From contig NC_068983.1 of assembly GCF_001194135.2 (NCBI RefSeq), positions 83,627,903 through 83,691,902 of the forward strand: a DNA stretch of 64,000 bases, given 5' to 3'. Made by a program: the position numbers and the translations under genes. The notes under the pieces were generated by a model. That model was given only the letters and a program-made list of their open reading frames with translations, was not told where the DNA came from and did no database searches. Below, one piece after another: positions 12,215-25,797 of this stretch. Numbering within the stretch: the first letter of the stretch is position 1; every line of letters begins with the position of its first letter. Origin of the DNA: Octopus bimaculoides. Its lineage: Eukaryota.

Positions 12215-12467
12215 GATTATTATTATTATTATTATTATTATAAAAGAGGTGGTGAGCAAGCAGAATTGTTAGCATGTCAGGTAAAGTGCTTAATGGTATT
12301 TTGTCAGTCTTTATATTCTAAGCTCAGATTCCACTGACATCGACTTTGCCTTTCATCCTTTCAGGGCCAATAAAACAAGTACCAGTTGAGCACTGGGATC
12401 GATGTAATGGACTTAGCCCCTGCCTCAAAATTGCTGGCCTTATGCCAAAATTTGAAATCATTATTAC

Positions 12468-12530
<63 letters not shown>

Positions 12531-12775
12531 GGTGATGAGCTCGCAGAATTGTTAGCGCACCGGGCGAAATGCTTAACAGTATTTCATCTACCACTACGTT
12601 CTGAGTTCAAATTCCACTGAAGTTGACTTTGCCTTTCATCCTTTCATGGTCAATAAATTGAGTACCAATTGAGTAATGAGGGTCAATGTAATCGATTATC
12701 CCCCTCCCCAAAATTTCAGGGCTTTTGCCTATGGTAGAAAGGATTATCATCATCATCATTATTATTATTATTATT

Positions 12776-12818
<43 letters not shown>

Positions 12819-12835
12819 ATCATCATCATCATCAA
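12170..12835 (+). mobile_element. Two tandem SINE family A copies (12245-12460, 12530-12750) separated and flanked by (ATT)n/(CAT)n tails
   Basis: Family A core twice, with long trinucleotide arrays. Confidence 0.9.
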
Positions 12836-13570
12836 AATTTATTATTAGTTTGTTCTTTTCCTAAAATCTGTTTTGGAAAAACAGCAAAATCAAATTATAA
12901 CTTTTTAGATATTTCAACATCTAATAGAAATAGACTTAGGGTTTTTTTTAAGAAAATATACCTCTTAAAGAAAATAACTCAACAACAAATAAATAAAATC
13001 TTGTCACAATATATCTGTAAATATTTCACTGCGATGCTTATGTATTAAGCTTCACTGAACATACCAGAGCGCAACAGTCAGTTCTTAACATTGACTTGAT
13101 GAAGAAATGAAATGGTTTTGAAAAGGGGTTTTTTTTTACACCTCTTCCCAGCTCTCACAATTTTTATCACTATAAGATAAAAAAATATAACATTAGGTCT
13201 TGTGTTAGATATATATAACACTAAAATATAACTAGATATCACTAATGTAAATTTATGGCTTTTTTTTTCTTCATAAACAATAAAGGAGAATGTGATATTA
13301 TACTTTAAAAGGAGCTTAATATGCAATACACAATTACGTATGTATGCTTGCATATATATTGATGCATGCATATGTGTGTGTGTGCTTATATTAGTGATCG
13401 CCATCAATTTTCTGCTCTGTTGGTTTCATTTATCTCTCTTTTATACATGTATTGTGTAAAACAGCAAAAATTTAAATAAAATGAAAGCCAAGTAGGAATG
13501 AAAGAAAAAGAAATTGATAAAATTAATTATTTTCATTCAATTTCAATAATTCCACACATAATGAGGGAGA

Positions 13571-13574
<4 letters not shown>

Positions 13575-13619
<45 letters not shown>

Positions 13620-13746
13620 CATCAGCATGGCCGCAGCTCTGAGCTGAAACTTTGAAATGAAAATATATATATATATATATATGTATATATGAATGTATGT
13701 ATATATATATATATATGTATGTATGTGTGTATATATATGTGTGTGC

Positions 13747-13788
<42 letters not shown>

Positions 13789-13975
13789 ATATATGTTTAT
13801 ATGTATATGAATATATATGTTCATATCCATATACAAATAAACAAACATATATGTATATATATATATATCACACACGCATGTACATACATAAATATCATCA
13901 TCATCATCATCATCGTTATATACATACATAAATATATACATATATATATACATGTGTGTGTGTGTGTGTGTGCGT
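13575..13975. repeat. Compound (TA)n/(TG)n/(CAT)n microsatellite
   Basis: Seen directly. Confidence 0.95.
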
Positions 13976-14329
13976 ATGATTGTTGTATCTTGCATTGGGT
14001 GTTTAATTTTAATGCTAAGCCATTGCCACCATATTGATCTTTTAGTGTAGTTGTGTCATGATGATAAATAACTTTGCACCATTAATCTTAGTTAAAAGAG
14101 AAGATAAAATATACATTAACATTAACATCATCATTGTCATCATTATCACCATCGGTATCGTTATCACCATAATTGAAGAAAAGAAATTTTAAAAAAAACA
14201 TACTAAAAATGCAATATTTCTTCAATCCTTCTAACAAGACTGAATGTTTACAACTCTATGTTTACCTATGTATTTATCTATATGTAAATGTCTATTTGTT
14301 TTATCAAATCTATAAGTTTCTTCTATAAT

Positions 14330-14730
14330 GGTTAGGCATGGCTGTGTGGTTAAGAAGCTCGTTTTGCAACCATGCTGTTTTGAGTTCAGTCTTATTTTGC
14401 ACCATCTTGGGCAAATGTCTTTTATTATAGCCCTGGGTTGATCAATACCCTGTGAATGAATTTGATAGATGGAGGCTATGTGGAAGCCCACCATGTGCAT
14501 GTGTGCCTTTGTGTTTGTGTGTGTGTTTGCCTTTGTGTGTGTGTGAGAGACATTGTGTTTGTGTATGTGTGCCTTTGTGTTTGGGTTTGTCCTCCGCCCC
14601 ACCACCACCTGCCAACAGGTGGTGGTTTGTTTATGTCCCCATAACTTACCCTTCAAGACAGTGCCTCAGCATGGTCTCAGTCCAATGGTCTCAGTTCAAT
14701 GACTAAAACAAGTAAATGGTAAAAAATAGA
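14330..14730 (+). mobile_element. SINE family C copy
   Basis: GGCATGGCTGTGTGGTTAAG head, CTTGGGCAAATGTCTT core, internal (TG)n and ACAAGTAAA tail, as in the 25798 copy. Confidence 0.8.
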
Positions 14731-16524
14731 AAAAAAAGAGCTTTGTCTATGACCCTTCACGAAGCCTCCAAGACTATTGGTGGAAGAGTGGTAGGTGTCT
14801 TCCAGTCAGTGATCTGGACCAAATGCTTGCAACATGGTGGACTCTACTACATGCAGGTACCCAAACTGCAAAATGTTTGTGTTAAAACTGGGCGGCAGAT
14901 TAAGTCTACCATCCAACTTGGCGACTGTAGGATATGAACTCAAGAATCCATGAAGTCAAAATAAATATAGCATGGCATTGTTTTTGATGTTCTAATGACT
15001 CCACCAGGAAATCCTTGTAAACTGGTATTCTATTTATCAACTCTGGAAAAATGAAAGGCAAAGTTGACCTTGATGAGATTTGAACTCAGGGCACAAGGAG
15101 TCAGAATAAACATTACAAAGATTTTTTCTCTAACACCCTAATATCTCTACTAAATCACTCTCCTGAATGTTGTCGTTTAGCTCCCGATTTACTTTACTTG
15201 AACAGAACCCTGATCAAAGACTTTTCAGATATGACCATCCTATTTGTTTTTATACCTAGGACTTCATTATCCAATATGCATTTTAAGAAGATTTGATTAC
15301 TATTTTTAGCAGTTTCAGCAACCGCACAGAGACTCACCTCTTAGCTGAATGTTATTAATTTTTAACTTCTGGTCAGCCCTAGTTGAACAGGCTAACTGTT
15401 TTTAAAGACATTCCAGTCATGACCATCACATTTTTTTGCATAGCTATGTTACCCAATGTGAAATTTATGAAAGATTTGGTTACTATTACTAGAAAATCGA
15501 ACAACCACACCAAAACTCACTTGTTGATTGGTATAAATTCAAAAATTAATGAATTAATGATTTTACACTTAATTAAGACATATGACATTATTAAAAGTTT
15601 TTAAATATGATAGAAGAGAAGAAGACTCTTAATGCTGGTGAGAGGGTGGTGATTTAGTTGACGCAAATATGTGACTGATACTAATTTTATCAACTTTAAA
15701 AGGAAAAAAAAGTAAAGTATATCTCGACAGTATTTGAACTCAGGACATGCAATGACATAGAAAACTACTAAGTGTATTGGTGCTTTCTTACTCACTACAA
15801 CACCTCAGAGTATATCTGTCAACCATCGCTCGTCATCATGCAACCAATAGACAATATATGTGGTACACATCTGTGCTGTAGCACAATAACAAAAAATGTA
15901 TGAAAGATAAAAAGTTGTGCTGCCAGTGTTTGAATTCATACAAAAACCACCAACCCTAGTACTTTTTTTTTTTTTTCTGTTGATTAATCTGAAAGAAAAG
16001 CAATGCTCAATTCTAAGCTTCTGAGATTAGTGGGAGGAAAGGATGTATTTGTTCTCATGCACTAAAGATTCTGTCAGTCCACTTCTTTAGACTGGAATTT
16101 TTATTGACCTCCAGTGATGGAAAGTAAAGTTGAATTTGGCAAGAATTGAACTCATGATGCAAGGAATAAGTAAAGCAAAGTATCTTGGACAATGCTCTAA
16201 AGACTACACTCATTCACAACCTACAAATTCTTTACTTGCTTCTGCCATTCATCTCCTCACAAACTATCCACATCACCTATCATTGGTTCCTCTGTCTCAC
16301 AACCACTTCCACTTAGTCAACCAATCACTCTATTCCAATTGTCTTTATTCCACTTTTTTATTTTGCCATCATACAACCAATGAGAAAACACCTCTATAAC
16401 AGTGAAAGCATATTTGTCGATTGAGGCAAATTTAAATCACTTTTCTTTGAAAGCGGAATAACTGAAAACTTCCACAAGGCTACTGGTTTGTTTTGTCTAT
16501 AGGTCTCATTACAGAAATTCAACA

Positions 16525-16790
16525 GGTATGGCTGAGTGGTAAGCTTGCTTCACAACCACATGGTTCTAGGTTCAATCTCACTGTGTGGCACCTTGGGCAA
16601 GTGTCTTCTACTATGGCCTGAGGTCAACCAAAGCCTTCTGAGTGGATTTGGTTGATGGAAACTGAAAAGAAGCCTGTTGTATATGTGTGTGTGTGCATGC
16701 GTGTGTGTGTGTCTTTGCGTCTGTGTCTGTCCCCCCCACCATCACACACACTAACATGCACACTCAACACACACAACACACACACACACG

Positions 16791-16838
<48 letters not shown>

Positions 16839-16850
16839 TGCACAAATATC
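16525..16850 (+). mobile_element. SINE family C 5' part followed by (TG)n/(CA)n
   Basis: GGCACCTTGGGCAAGTGTCTTCTACTAT core. Confidence 0.85.
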
Positions 16851-18261
16851 CCATGTTCATCCATCAGAGTAATGAGGAGCATCTAGCCAGACAATAAGGA
16901 TGTGTGATGATTGCATGGTGACTTTGTTTAAAATGAAGAATTGTTGAACCTGTTCCACCGCACTCTCTCTTCAATCCAGTGGCAGGACCAGGTTAGGATG
17001 ATTGGAGATGGAGACAGATGCAGTGGATGACCAAGATATCTTACTTACCCCATCATGCTTTCTACACTCTACAATGTGCTACTGTAAGCATCTTCCCTTT
17101 CATCGACCTATAAAGGTTTCTTCCACAGAATCTGCTAGACCAGTCTTCCCATGCGTTAGTAGGTAAGCCCATACACATATACATACATACACACTTACAT
17201 ACATTCATACACACATACATAAATATATATACATACACACATAAGTATGAAGGACAAACCACATCCCCCATCAAGAAGGCCTATGATGATAAAAGAGGAG
17301 TATATACAATTCCCTTTGTTTAATACAATAAAGACAAAGCATTTTAAACATGTCCAATACCAGTATGGTAAAGAAAGGAAAATATATGGATGTAAATTAT
17401 TTTGTCTTCTTGTAAATAAAAAGGTGAAAGGGAAAAAAAAATCCCTTTTTTTTAATGATGGTCCTCATTTTGTGGACTACTGCATTAAATATCTTTCTCA
17501 GTGTATATATTTGCATGTGGCTGTGTACATATTTGTTAATATACATATATTATGTATCATATATTATTTAGTATGTATGATATATTGTCAGGTGTATGAA
17601 CTTGTTCCATATAACTCATACATTTTTTTCAATTACAGCCATTTTATCTAATGTCTCTATTTCTTTTGTAGGATTATATTCCCTCTTAAGTTTCAGGTTT
17701 AATGACAACCATCTGCATATGGTTAATTGAACAAAGTAGATATTAATATACAACCTCCATAGTTTGCTTAAGTGCTTCTCAAAAAAAATTAAAATGCATA
17801 TCACACCTTTTTTAATGTATATATATGTACATATAGCAGCTGAAGGTAAAGACAAGCATTTACCTCATACATATTTATATACACACACATACATATATAT
17901 ATATGTATATACATTTATATATATATATATGTGTGTGTGTATGTGATTTTAAATTATCTCTTTACATTAAAATGGAATCCAGGGAAACAAAACCATGTAT
18001 ATCAATGGAATTTTATTGAAATTAAAACCTCATTCTTTCCAGAATGTTTGATTTTGCATATCTTAAATCTGATTACAAGAGCAAATAAAGAATTAACATC
18101 TACTTTCAACTGATAGAAATGTAATTTCCTTTTTATTAATCCTTTTAACATATACTGTACCTACAAGTTTTGGATGTCCTCTCATAATTTTAGAAAGTCA
18201 TAATCATCATCATCATAATCATTTAACATCCATTGTGCATGATGGCATGGGTTGGATGGTT

Positions 18262-18400
18262 TGGTATTTATTTTATCAACCCTGAAAGGATGAAAGGCAA
18301 AGTCAACCCTGGTGGAATTTGAACTCAAAACGTAAAAAGAAATGAAATTCTGCAAAGCATTTTGCCCAGTGTACTAACAATTCAGCCAGCTCGCAGCCTT
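18262..18400 (-). mobile_element. SINE family A copy
   Basis: GAAAGGATGAAAGGCAAAGTC...GGAATTTGAACTC core. Confidence 0.85.
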
Positions 18401-18478
18401 TGTTGGGTAAGGCTGGAACAATGCAAGAAGATACAAAGTAAACAACAAAAACGAAACAAAATAATGCAAATTTGTAGT

Positions 18479-18598
18479 TTTACCTTATATTTCTATATTT
18501 CAGGGCTATGACCTCTTCTTCAGGACATGTGGAAAAGTGCTTTTCCACATGTCCTGAAAAAGGGGTCATAGCCCTGAAATATAGAGATATAAGGTAAA
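18479..18598. repeat. Near-perfect 120-bp inverted repeat (59-bp arms, ~2-nt loop)
   Basis: The left arm equals the reverse complement of the right arm at 56 of 59 positions. On the + strand the differences give two G-U pairs and one C-A mismatch. Confidence 0.97.
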
Positions 18599-18719
18599 GA
18601 TGCAATAGCTATGGTAGAATATTTAAGATTAAACATGATGTGAAGATTCATCAATGCAAATCAAAATGCAAAGAGTACCTAGAGTAATGCAAAACATCTC
18701 ACTCTGCCCAGAAGCTTAA

Positions 18720-19150
18720 TTTGGGGAATATCAGCAGCACTTGTCAGTCAGAGGACCAGGGCAGGGAGGCAAACCACAATGCCCAGAATTTCTCTCCTCA
18801 GCTTGCTCAATGCAGAAGAGGAGTAGATGAACCTGAAAACCCTGAGAGTTTCAAGAAGAAACCACAGCTGAATTTGCCACTGGTGACTGATCCAAGATGG
18901 ACACAGCTGAACAAGGACATAAACATCAGGACTTAGTCATTGAGTCCTTTGGCAAGGGCTGTCATGCAGCTTCATTCACCATTGAAGTTGGCTACCACAA
19001 CTTTCCATCTTGATCAGTGTGTTATTTCCTGCAATAGATAGGTCTCTGAAACCCAGTCAGCTGAAGAGAGCCATCAAGGAAGTAAGCATGGTAGCAGAAA
19101 CTTGCTCAAGATGGCCATGGTTCATAAGAGACCACAAGCCCTGCATGGTT
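18720..19150 (+). mobile_element. Internally deleted HERO/R2-like (RLE) LINE remnant
   Basis: KKPQLNLP..DPRWTQLNKD resembles the N-terminal motif; QLKRAIKEVSMVAETCSRWPWF resembles the extreme C-terminus (AIK....AAE..SRW.W). Confidence 0.5.
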
Positions 19151-19355
19151 ATAGAAGATATTGCGTATCTTGCCTCTCTGTTTAAATGCTATTGGTTAAA
19201 AGAGGACTTGAGGTATCAAGTTTCAAATGCATGAAAGCACAGAATAAGTATTTCTCAATGATCAAAGAGATAAAACTGTTAAATGAAAAACACTGTCTGA
19301 AGAATGTGATACTGAATAGTTAGAAGAGGGAATGGGTGCTGCACAGACATAAGAG

Positions 19356-19386
<31 letters not shown>

Positions 19387-21096
19387 TGTGTGTGTGTGTG
19401 CGTGCGTGCGCGTGCATGTGCATATGTTTACATCATCACAATCGCTAAAAAATTTCAAAAATGAAAAGAGACAAGATTAATATTAGAGAAGAGGATGACT
19501 GTGAGTGAACATATTGAGTCTAATAGCCCACTAGGTAAACATGGAAAAACTACCTTGAAAATTCTTTTAATTAAGTAATAAATTGTAATTCAATGAATTT
19601 CATATGTCTTTAAAACTGGTTGAAAACCCAAACTTTGCATTACAAATATTGTTGCCATTCTCACACCAAAAGCAGTTCATCCATTTATTTGATATTACAA
19701 AGAAAATCAGAAACACAAACATAAAGATTTCCTTGTCAATGATTCATGAATCACAACTGATTTCCATAAGCACCACATTAAAATGATATTGATCTAGCTG
19801 AGAATATTTAGGGTAGGACGCCTTCTGATATGGAATTTCTCTGTTAATTTTACCAAGTACGCTAGTCAGCTAATGATCTTAACCTGCTAATAATTTGCAT
19901 CTAAATTCCCCAAAATTCTATTTTATAATCTTAAAAAATGAACATATTAGTTATCACTAGTATGTCATCTCTTGTGAAAGTGCTATGGAAAAAGTAACCA
20001 GTACACTATATAATTTGGTTGGCATTAGGAGGGGCATCCACTCTTAGAAATATTTTTTTTTAAATGACAAAGGGAGAAGAACATTTCATTTTTCCTATGA
20101 AGCATGGGGCATTGCAGGACAGCTAGTTGTTTCTTCAAAACTCTGCTTAACTTCAAAGATGATGACAGTTATCACCATCATTTTAATGTCCATATTTTCA
20201 TGTCAAAGCAGACACTGGAGTACAGTGCAGTCTTCTACTTCATCAGTTCCTGTCAAACCATTCAACCCATGCCAACTTGGAAGCTAAATGTTAAATGATA
20301 AGGTGGTGATGGTGGATAGTGTAATAGCATAGGTACTAAATGACAAACTGACAGAATCAAAGCATTGGACCAAATTTCTCACAGTTTCCTACTAAATTTA
20401 AATCCTTTTGTGACCAACTTAGCCTTCCATTCTACTGGGATTGATAAATAATGTACCAGGCTAGGTACTGAACTGGCAGAATTATTAGAGTGTCGATCAA
20501 GATGTCTGGTGGCATTTGTTCTTGTTTTTTGTGTTTTAAGTTCAAATTCCACTTTGGTTGACTTTGGTGATAGACTATCATAGCCTGCTTTAACATCACC
20601 ACCTAGTCTTTGTTTGCCTTTAGCTGAGTCCTTTTAATGCAAATATTTTGGCTGGGTACTTTGTTTGAGACTATTTTCCTCCCTCCCACAAGGTCACCAT
20701 TTTCAGAGGTCCTATAAAATGTCATGGACTCCACCCTTCCCGCCTAACTTAACAGTGAAAAAGTAACACTATGTGCCATTTTAGAATATGGGATGGTCAC
20801 AGCTACAATGCCCCTGCTTCTATATTAGTTAGGAACTTGACAACTTGGACTTAGCTATTAACAAAATCTACATCCTCTAGTTATTTCTGGAACTTGAATA
20901 AACTCATTTTTATTCCTTGGAACAAGCTGTCAATAAATCAATGTATATACATGTATAAAAGTGTACATTTGCATGTAAGTATATGCATGTGTGTTTGTAT
21001 GTGTGTATATAGTCGTTCTCTTTTATTCTCTTTATATTCAAACAAAGACATTGCATGTCACAGTGATGAATGTGTGCACATCATCACAATCTTCAG

Positions 21097-21191
21097 CTTT
21101 TTCCAAATAAGAATTGGGTGGGTGATACTTTTAGAGGCAGTATTCTCTGGATAGATTCCCTTCCTTATATCAATGTTTACTTGTTTTTCAA
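21097..21191 (+). pseudogene. Exon with intact frame (LFPNKNWVGDTFRGSILWIDSLPYINVYLFF)
   Basis: CACAATCTTCAG| acceptor and CAA|GTAAGG donor; 95 nt open, phase 0 to 2. Confidence 0.5.
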
Positions 21192-21419
21192 GTAAGGTAC
21201 CTTATTCCACTGATATTTGTCTGTTGATCTGATGAAATGACAATCGTATTGTTTATATGGTCATAAACAGATGTCAGCACTGTTATTTTTTTCTTATTTT
21301 TAATTCCACCCCCCACCCCAACCCCTAAAATAACATTCAAATTTCTTTACCAACTCGTATTTTAACGTTTTCATGAAAATAATTGGCAGAAATATTTATC
21401 TGCATGTAGGGTATGTGTT

Positions 21420-21780
21420 ACCCTTCCGATGCCCATTTTCTCATTGGTATTGTTTTCACCTTCATGCCCCACATCTTGAATACTTCAATTTTGGGTTCTT
21501 TGTATTTTGACAATTTCTCCACTCTTTTTTTTGAAAATATTTTGATCAGAAGGGACTGCAATGTCTATCAGTAAGCAGGTGTTTTTTTTTCCCCAATCCT
21601 TGATTATCATGTCTGAATGATTAGCTTTTATCCCTTTCTTGGTTTAAACCAGCAAATCCCAGATGATTGTGGCTTGGTCATTGTCTTGTACCTTGTCTGG
21701 CACATGTTTATACCACCTATTGTCCGTTTTAATGTTGTAATGCTGGCATATTGTCTATTCAATATAACTGCTTACGTGGT
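21420..21780 (-). mobile_element. R4/Dong-like LINE, restriction-like endonuclease fragment
   Basis: ICQHYNI...WYKHVPDKVQDNDQATIIWD...IKANHSDMII...CLLIDIAVPSD.NI..K..EKLSKYK..IEV.KMW.MK. Confidence 0.85.
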
Positions 21781-21825
21781 CATCTCTGTACATATATTCA
21801 GATCTGGCAAAAACTGGGCAGCCAG

Positions 21826-22045
21826 AGAAGGCAAGCTGGCAGAGTTGTTAGCATTCAAGACAAAATGCTTTGCAGTATTTTGCTTGTCACTATGTTCTGA
21901 GTTCAAATTCCAGCAAGGTCAACTTTGCCTTTCATCCTTTTAGGGTTGATGAAATAAGTACCAGTTATGCAGTGGGGTTGATTTAATTGACTAGCCCCTT
22001 CCCCAAAAATTTCAGGCCTTGTGCCTATAGTATAAAGGATTATTA
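21826..22045 (+). mobile_element. SINE family A copy
   Basis: Full family A core and (ATT)n tail. Confidence 0.9.
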
Positions 22046-22207
22046 TTATTACATAGACTGATAACAAATTCTTACTCTTGTCAGAAATGAAGCAGTATCA
22101 CAGTATTTGAAGAATAAAGCAGATTCAAAACTGGAATTTCAGGAAAGGAATGCATTTCTCTCTTCTATCATTATTGTTGTTGTTTTCTATTAATTTTTTC
22201 CAACAAA

Positions 22208-22267
<60 letters not shown>

Positions 22268-22268
22268 C
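22208..22268. repeat. (AAT)n microsatellite
   Basis: Seen directly. Confidence 0.98.
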
Positions 22269-22421
22269 TAAATCTGCTAATAGAATAAAATCCAATAATA
22301 GGTGAAGAAGTTTCCAGTAATTTCAACAACTGCAACAGCAACAAAACCTAAATAAAAGTGTTAAGAAGAAAAAAAAAAATTGTTAATTTGCCAAATCAAT
22401 AAATTTACCTAATTTCAAAAG

Positions 22422-22532
22422 ATTTGATCCAAAGATTGGCCATATGTAGCAAAGAAGCTGTAACTCTGATTGTATCATATGATTGTAAACATTACATTTT
22501 GGAATCAGAAAAATTAATCAAGTTTAGCTAAG
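22422..22532 (+). pseudogene. Fossil exon (DLIQRLAICSKEAVTLIVSYDCKHYILESEKLIKFS*)
   Basis: 111 nt (symmetric), AG| ... AAG|GTAATT; a single stop in the last codon. Confidence 0.45.
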
Positions 22533-22591
22533 GTAATTAAGAGGGATCTATAAAATGGAACTTGTGTATTTTGGCAATTAATTTCCTACAA

Positions 22592-23083
22592 TATTTTGGA
22601 CTTGTGAATGTTATTGGATGTCAGAGAGAGAAGAAGGTGTTAGCCATTTAGTGATTTTGTGAAGAATAAACAGGAAACTGAGAACAAAGTGGAAAAGTTG
22701 TATTCGATAGAAAGTCAATAAGGAGTAATTTAATTTTTCTATCAAATTGATACCAAGTTCCACTTCCATGATTCTGGAAAACTGTTAAAAGAAATATTTG
22801 CAGCAAAGAATAAGTTAAAACTTTCTTGAAATAAAGCAGCAAACATTCAGTAGCTATGCTTAGAGAGTGTGAAAGCAAACTTGCTGTTGATGGCTCACAT
22901 AAATACATATGCTCTGATAAGTGTGACTATGTGAAAAATTTGGTTGCTAGAAAAAGTAGTGAGTGCTCCCTCAAATTATGTTCTATGGCTATCTGAAAAG
23001 AATTGGAGGATTCATTAGATAATGTGCCCAGAAAGAAAACATGATATTCATGGCCAGACTGCCATTTATCATAGGTTTGCTCA
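22592..23083 (+). pseudogene. Fossil exon (...FFYQIDTKFHFHDSGKLLKEIFAAK...MLRECESKLAVDGSHKYICSDKC...*KELEDSLDNVPRKKT*YSWPDCHLS*VCS|)
   Basis: Ends TCA|GTAAGA in phase 0. The stops could derive from CGA/CAG/CAA by C>T. The 5' acceptor appears mutated (TTTCCTACAA). Confidence 0.4.
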
Positions 23084-23214
23084 GTAAGAGCTGTACTGGA
23101 GCTAAACAATATCATATTCAAAAGCACAATTTTATTTTACTTTACACCCAAATACTCATACATACAGTTTAACACACGTACACAGATATAGACACACACA
23201 TACACAGGCACTCA

Positions 23215-23490
23215 AGGGTTCCAGATGATCCGATTAACATAACAGTCTGCTTGTGAAATTAATGTGCAAGTGGCTGAGCACTCCACAGACACACGTACTC
23301 TTAATGTAGTTCTCAGAGAGATTCAGTGTGACACAGAATGTGACAAGGCTGGCCCTTTGAATTACAGGTACTGCTCATTTTTGCCAGCTGAGTAGACTGA
23401 AGCAGTGTGAAATAAAGTATCTTGCTCAAGGACACAATGCGTTGCTGGAAATTGAACTCACAACCTTGTAATCATGAACCGAATACCCTA
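23215..23490 (-). mobile_element. SINE family D partial copy
   Basis: GTGCAAGTGGCTGAGCACTCCACAGACAC core shared with the 29057 copy. Confidence 0.8.
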
Positions 23491-24644
23491 ACCACTAAGT
23501 TACATGCCTTCACATACATACACATACAGATATATTCAAGAAGAGACATGTACACAATTATATGCACACAGAACCAACAATCCAGGCGTCTGTACATGAG
23601 GTTATACTTCAGTATACAGAGAATATGACAGGAATAAAACTAATTTAAAATTTAATCATTGTTTTCTGCATATCTATACACAGTTACTGAAGCAGTTTGT
23701 CATTGCATACCATGTTTACAATGGTATCCAACCATTCATTCCTTAAATCAGAATTTGTACACAATTTCTCCAGGTAACACAATGAAGATAATGTCTTATT
23801 GGTAAGTTGCAGATATATGATGTTAATAGGTAAATAAATTAGTAATAAAGGAGAATTTTTGAATGAAACAGTAAAAGTAAAAGGGAAAATGAGGAAGTGG
23901 TGGAAAAGTTAATCAAACAAAATACAAGATACACAAATATACAAAGTATATATATATATATATATATATATNNNNNNNNNNNNNNNNNNNNNNNNNNNNN
24001 NNNNNNNNNNNNNNNNNNNNNNNNNNNNNNNNNNNNNNNNNNNNNNNNNNNNNNNNNNNNNNNNNNNNNNNNNNNNNNNNNNNNNNNNNNNNNNNNNNNN
24101 NNNNNNNNNNNNNNNNNNNNNNNNNNNNNNNNNNNNNNNNNNNNNNNNNNNNNNNNNNNNNNNNNNNNNNNNNNNNNNNNNNNNNNNNNNNNNNNNNNNN
24201 NNNNNNNNNNNNNNNNNNNNNNNNNNNNNNNNNNNNNNNNNNNNNNNNNNNNNNNNNNNNNNNNNNNNNNNNNNNNNNNNNNNNNNNNNNNNNNNNNNNN
24301 NNNNNNNNNNNNNNNNNNNNNNNNNNNNNNNNNNNNNNNNNNNNNNNNNNNNNNNNNNNNNNNNNNNNNNNNNNNNNNNATATATATATATATATATATA
24401 CCAGTATAAACTGTAATTTTTGTATAATTATGTATTGTTAATATAACAATACATAAACTATAAAACTATAAATTTATTTATTGATTCTTGAAGGAATTGA
24501 ACACACACACACGCACACACACACACACACACGCACGCACACATATTATATCTTGCATTGGACATATGGTATTATTCCTGTGGTTTTCCACCGTTATGTA
24601 TCTATTTTTACTATAAGATGTATACCAGTATATTTATATATATA

Positions 24645-24980
24645 TATGTTGGGCCTCACGGATGCAATGACCGAGAGCTTTGGCATTATGTTGTGCTTGA
24701 GAAGGAGACCCATCAAACAGAACAAAATCAGTCATGGTAGGTACCCGTGCCAGTGGTAGCACATAAAAGCACCCTGGTGTCACACAAATGGCACATAAAA
24801 GCATCAATTACACTCTCAGAGTGGTTGATTTTAGGAAGGGCATCCAGCTGTAGAAAGCCATGCCAAATCAGATTGGAGTGTGGTGCCACCTTCCAGTGTG
24901 CCAGCCCAGTCAAACCGTCCAACCCATGCCAGTATGGACAATGGATGTTAAATGATGACGATGATGATGATGATTATGAA
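24645..24980 (+). mobile_element. SINE-like family B copy with a structured 5' head
   Basis: GGAAGGGCATCCAGCTGTAGAAA...CAAACCGTCCAACCCATGCCAG...(GAT)n. Confidence 0.85.
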
Positions 24981-25067
24981 ACAAAGCATCAGAACACCAG
25001 ACCTAGATACAAGATATACAAAGATTTGCCGGACCTTGATACAAGATACACACCAGTAATTTAGGTA

Positions 25068-25124
<57 letters not shown>

Positions 25125-25396
25125 NNNNNNNNNNNNNNNNNNNNNNNNNNNNNNNNNNNNNNNNNNNNNNNNNNNNNNNNNNNNNNNNNNNNNNNNNNNN
25201 NNNNNNNNNNNNNNNNNNNNNNNNNNNNNNNNNNNNNNNNNNNNNNNNNNNNNNNNNNNNNNNNNNNNNNNNNNNNNNNNNNNNNNNNNNNNNNNNNNNN
25301 NNNNNNNNNNNNNNNTATATATGTATGTATATTTATATGTCATCATCATCATATACATATATATATATATGATATATATATGTATGTATATATATG

Positions 25397-25450
<54 letters not shown>

Positions 25451-25464
25451 TGTGTGTGTATGTA

Positions 25465-25625
25465 TATGACTAGCTTCTTTCAGTCTCTTTCTATTTCATT
25501 GACTCACAAGGCTGTGCTCAGTCTGGGGCTATTCTAGAAGACACTTGCCGAGATTCCATACAGTGGGACTGAACCAAAAGCCATGTGGCCTTATTTGATG
25601 CCAGAAAATGTTTTTACCTCACAAC
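25465..25625 (-). mobile_element. SINE family C partial copy
   Basis: AGAAGACACTTGCC...CAGTGGGACTGAACC is the reverse complement of the family C core. Confidence 0.8.
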
Positions 25626-25797
25626 TACCCCTATGCCTGTATTTCCTTTCTCCTTTTATAGGAAAAAAAACGAACCAATATGGAAGTGTATGAACATGAT
25701 GTGGTCTGCTGATCGATTTAGGAGGACAATAGTTCTGAAAAAGAAATGATTCATATCAGAATAACCTGTCCAGCCCACACATGCTATTAAAAAAGCA

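Noticed and set aside
17040-17140. Strong - strand donor GGG|GTAAGT
   Set aside because: The upstream segment is closed in all three frames and lies in repeat-like sequence.
23774-23801. 28-nt + strand exon candidate (TTTCTCCAG|...TTG|GTAAGT)
   Set aside because: Good sites, but its phase (1 to 2) fits neither neighbouring fossil exon; could be chance.
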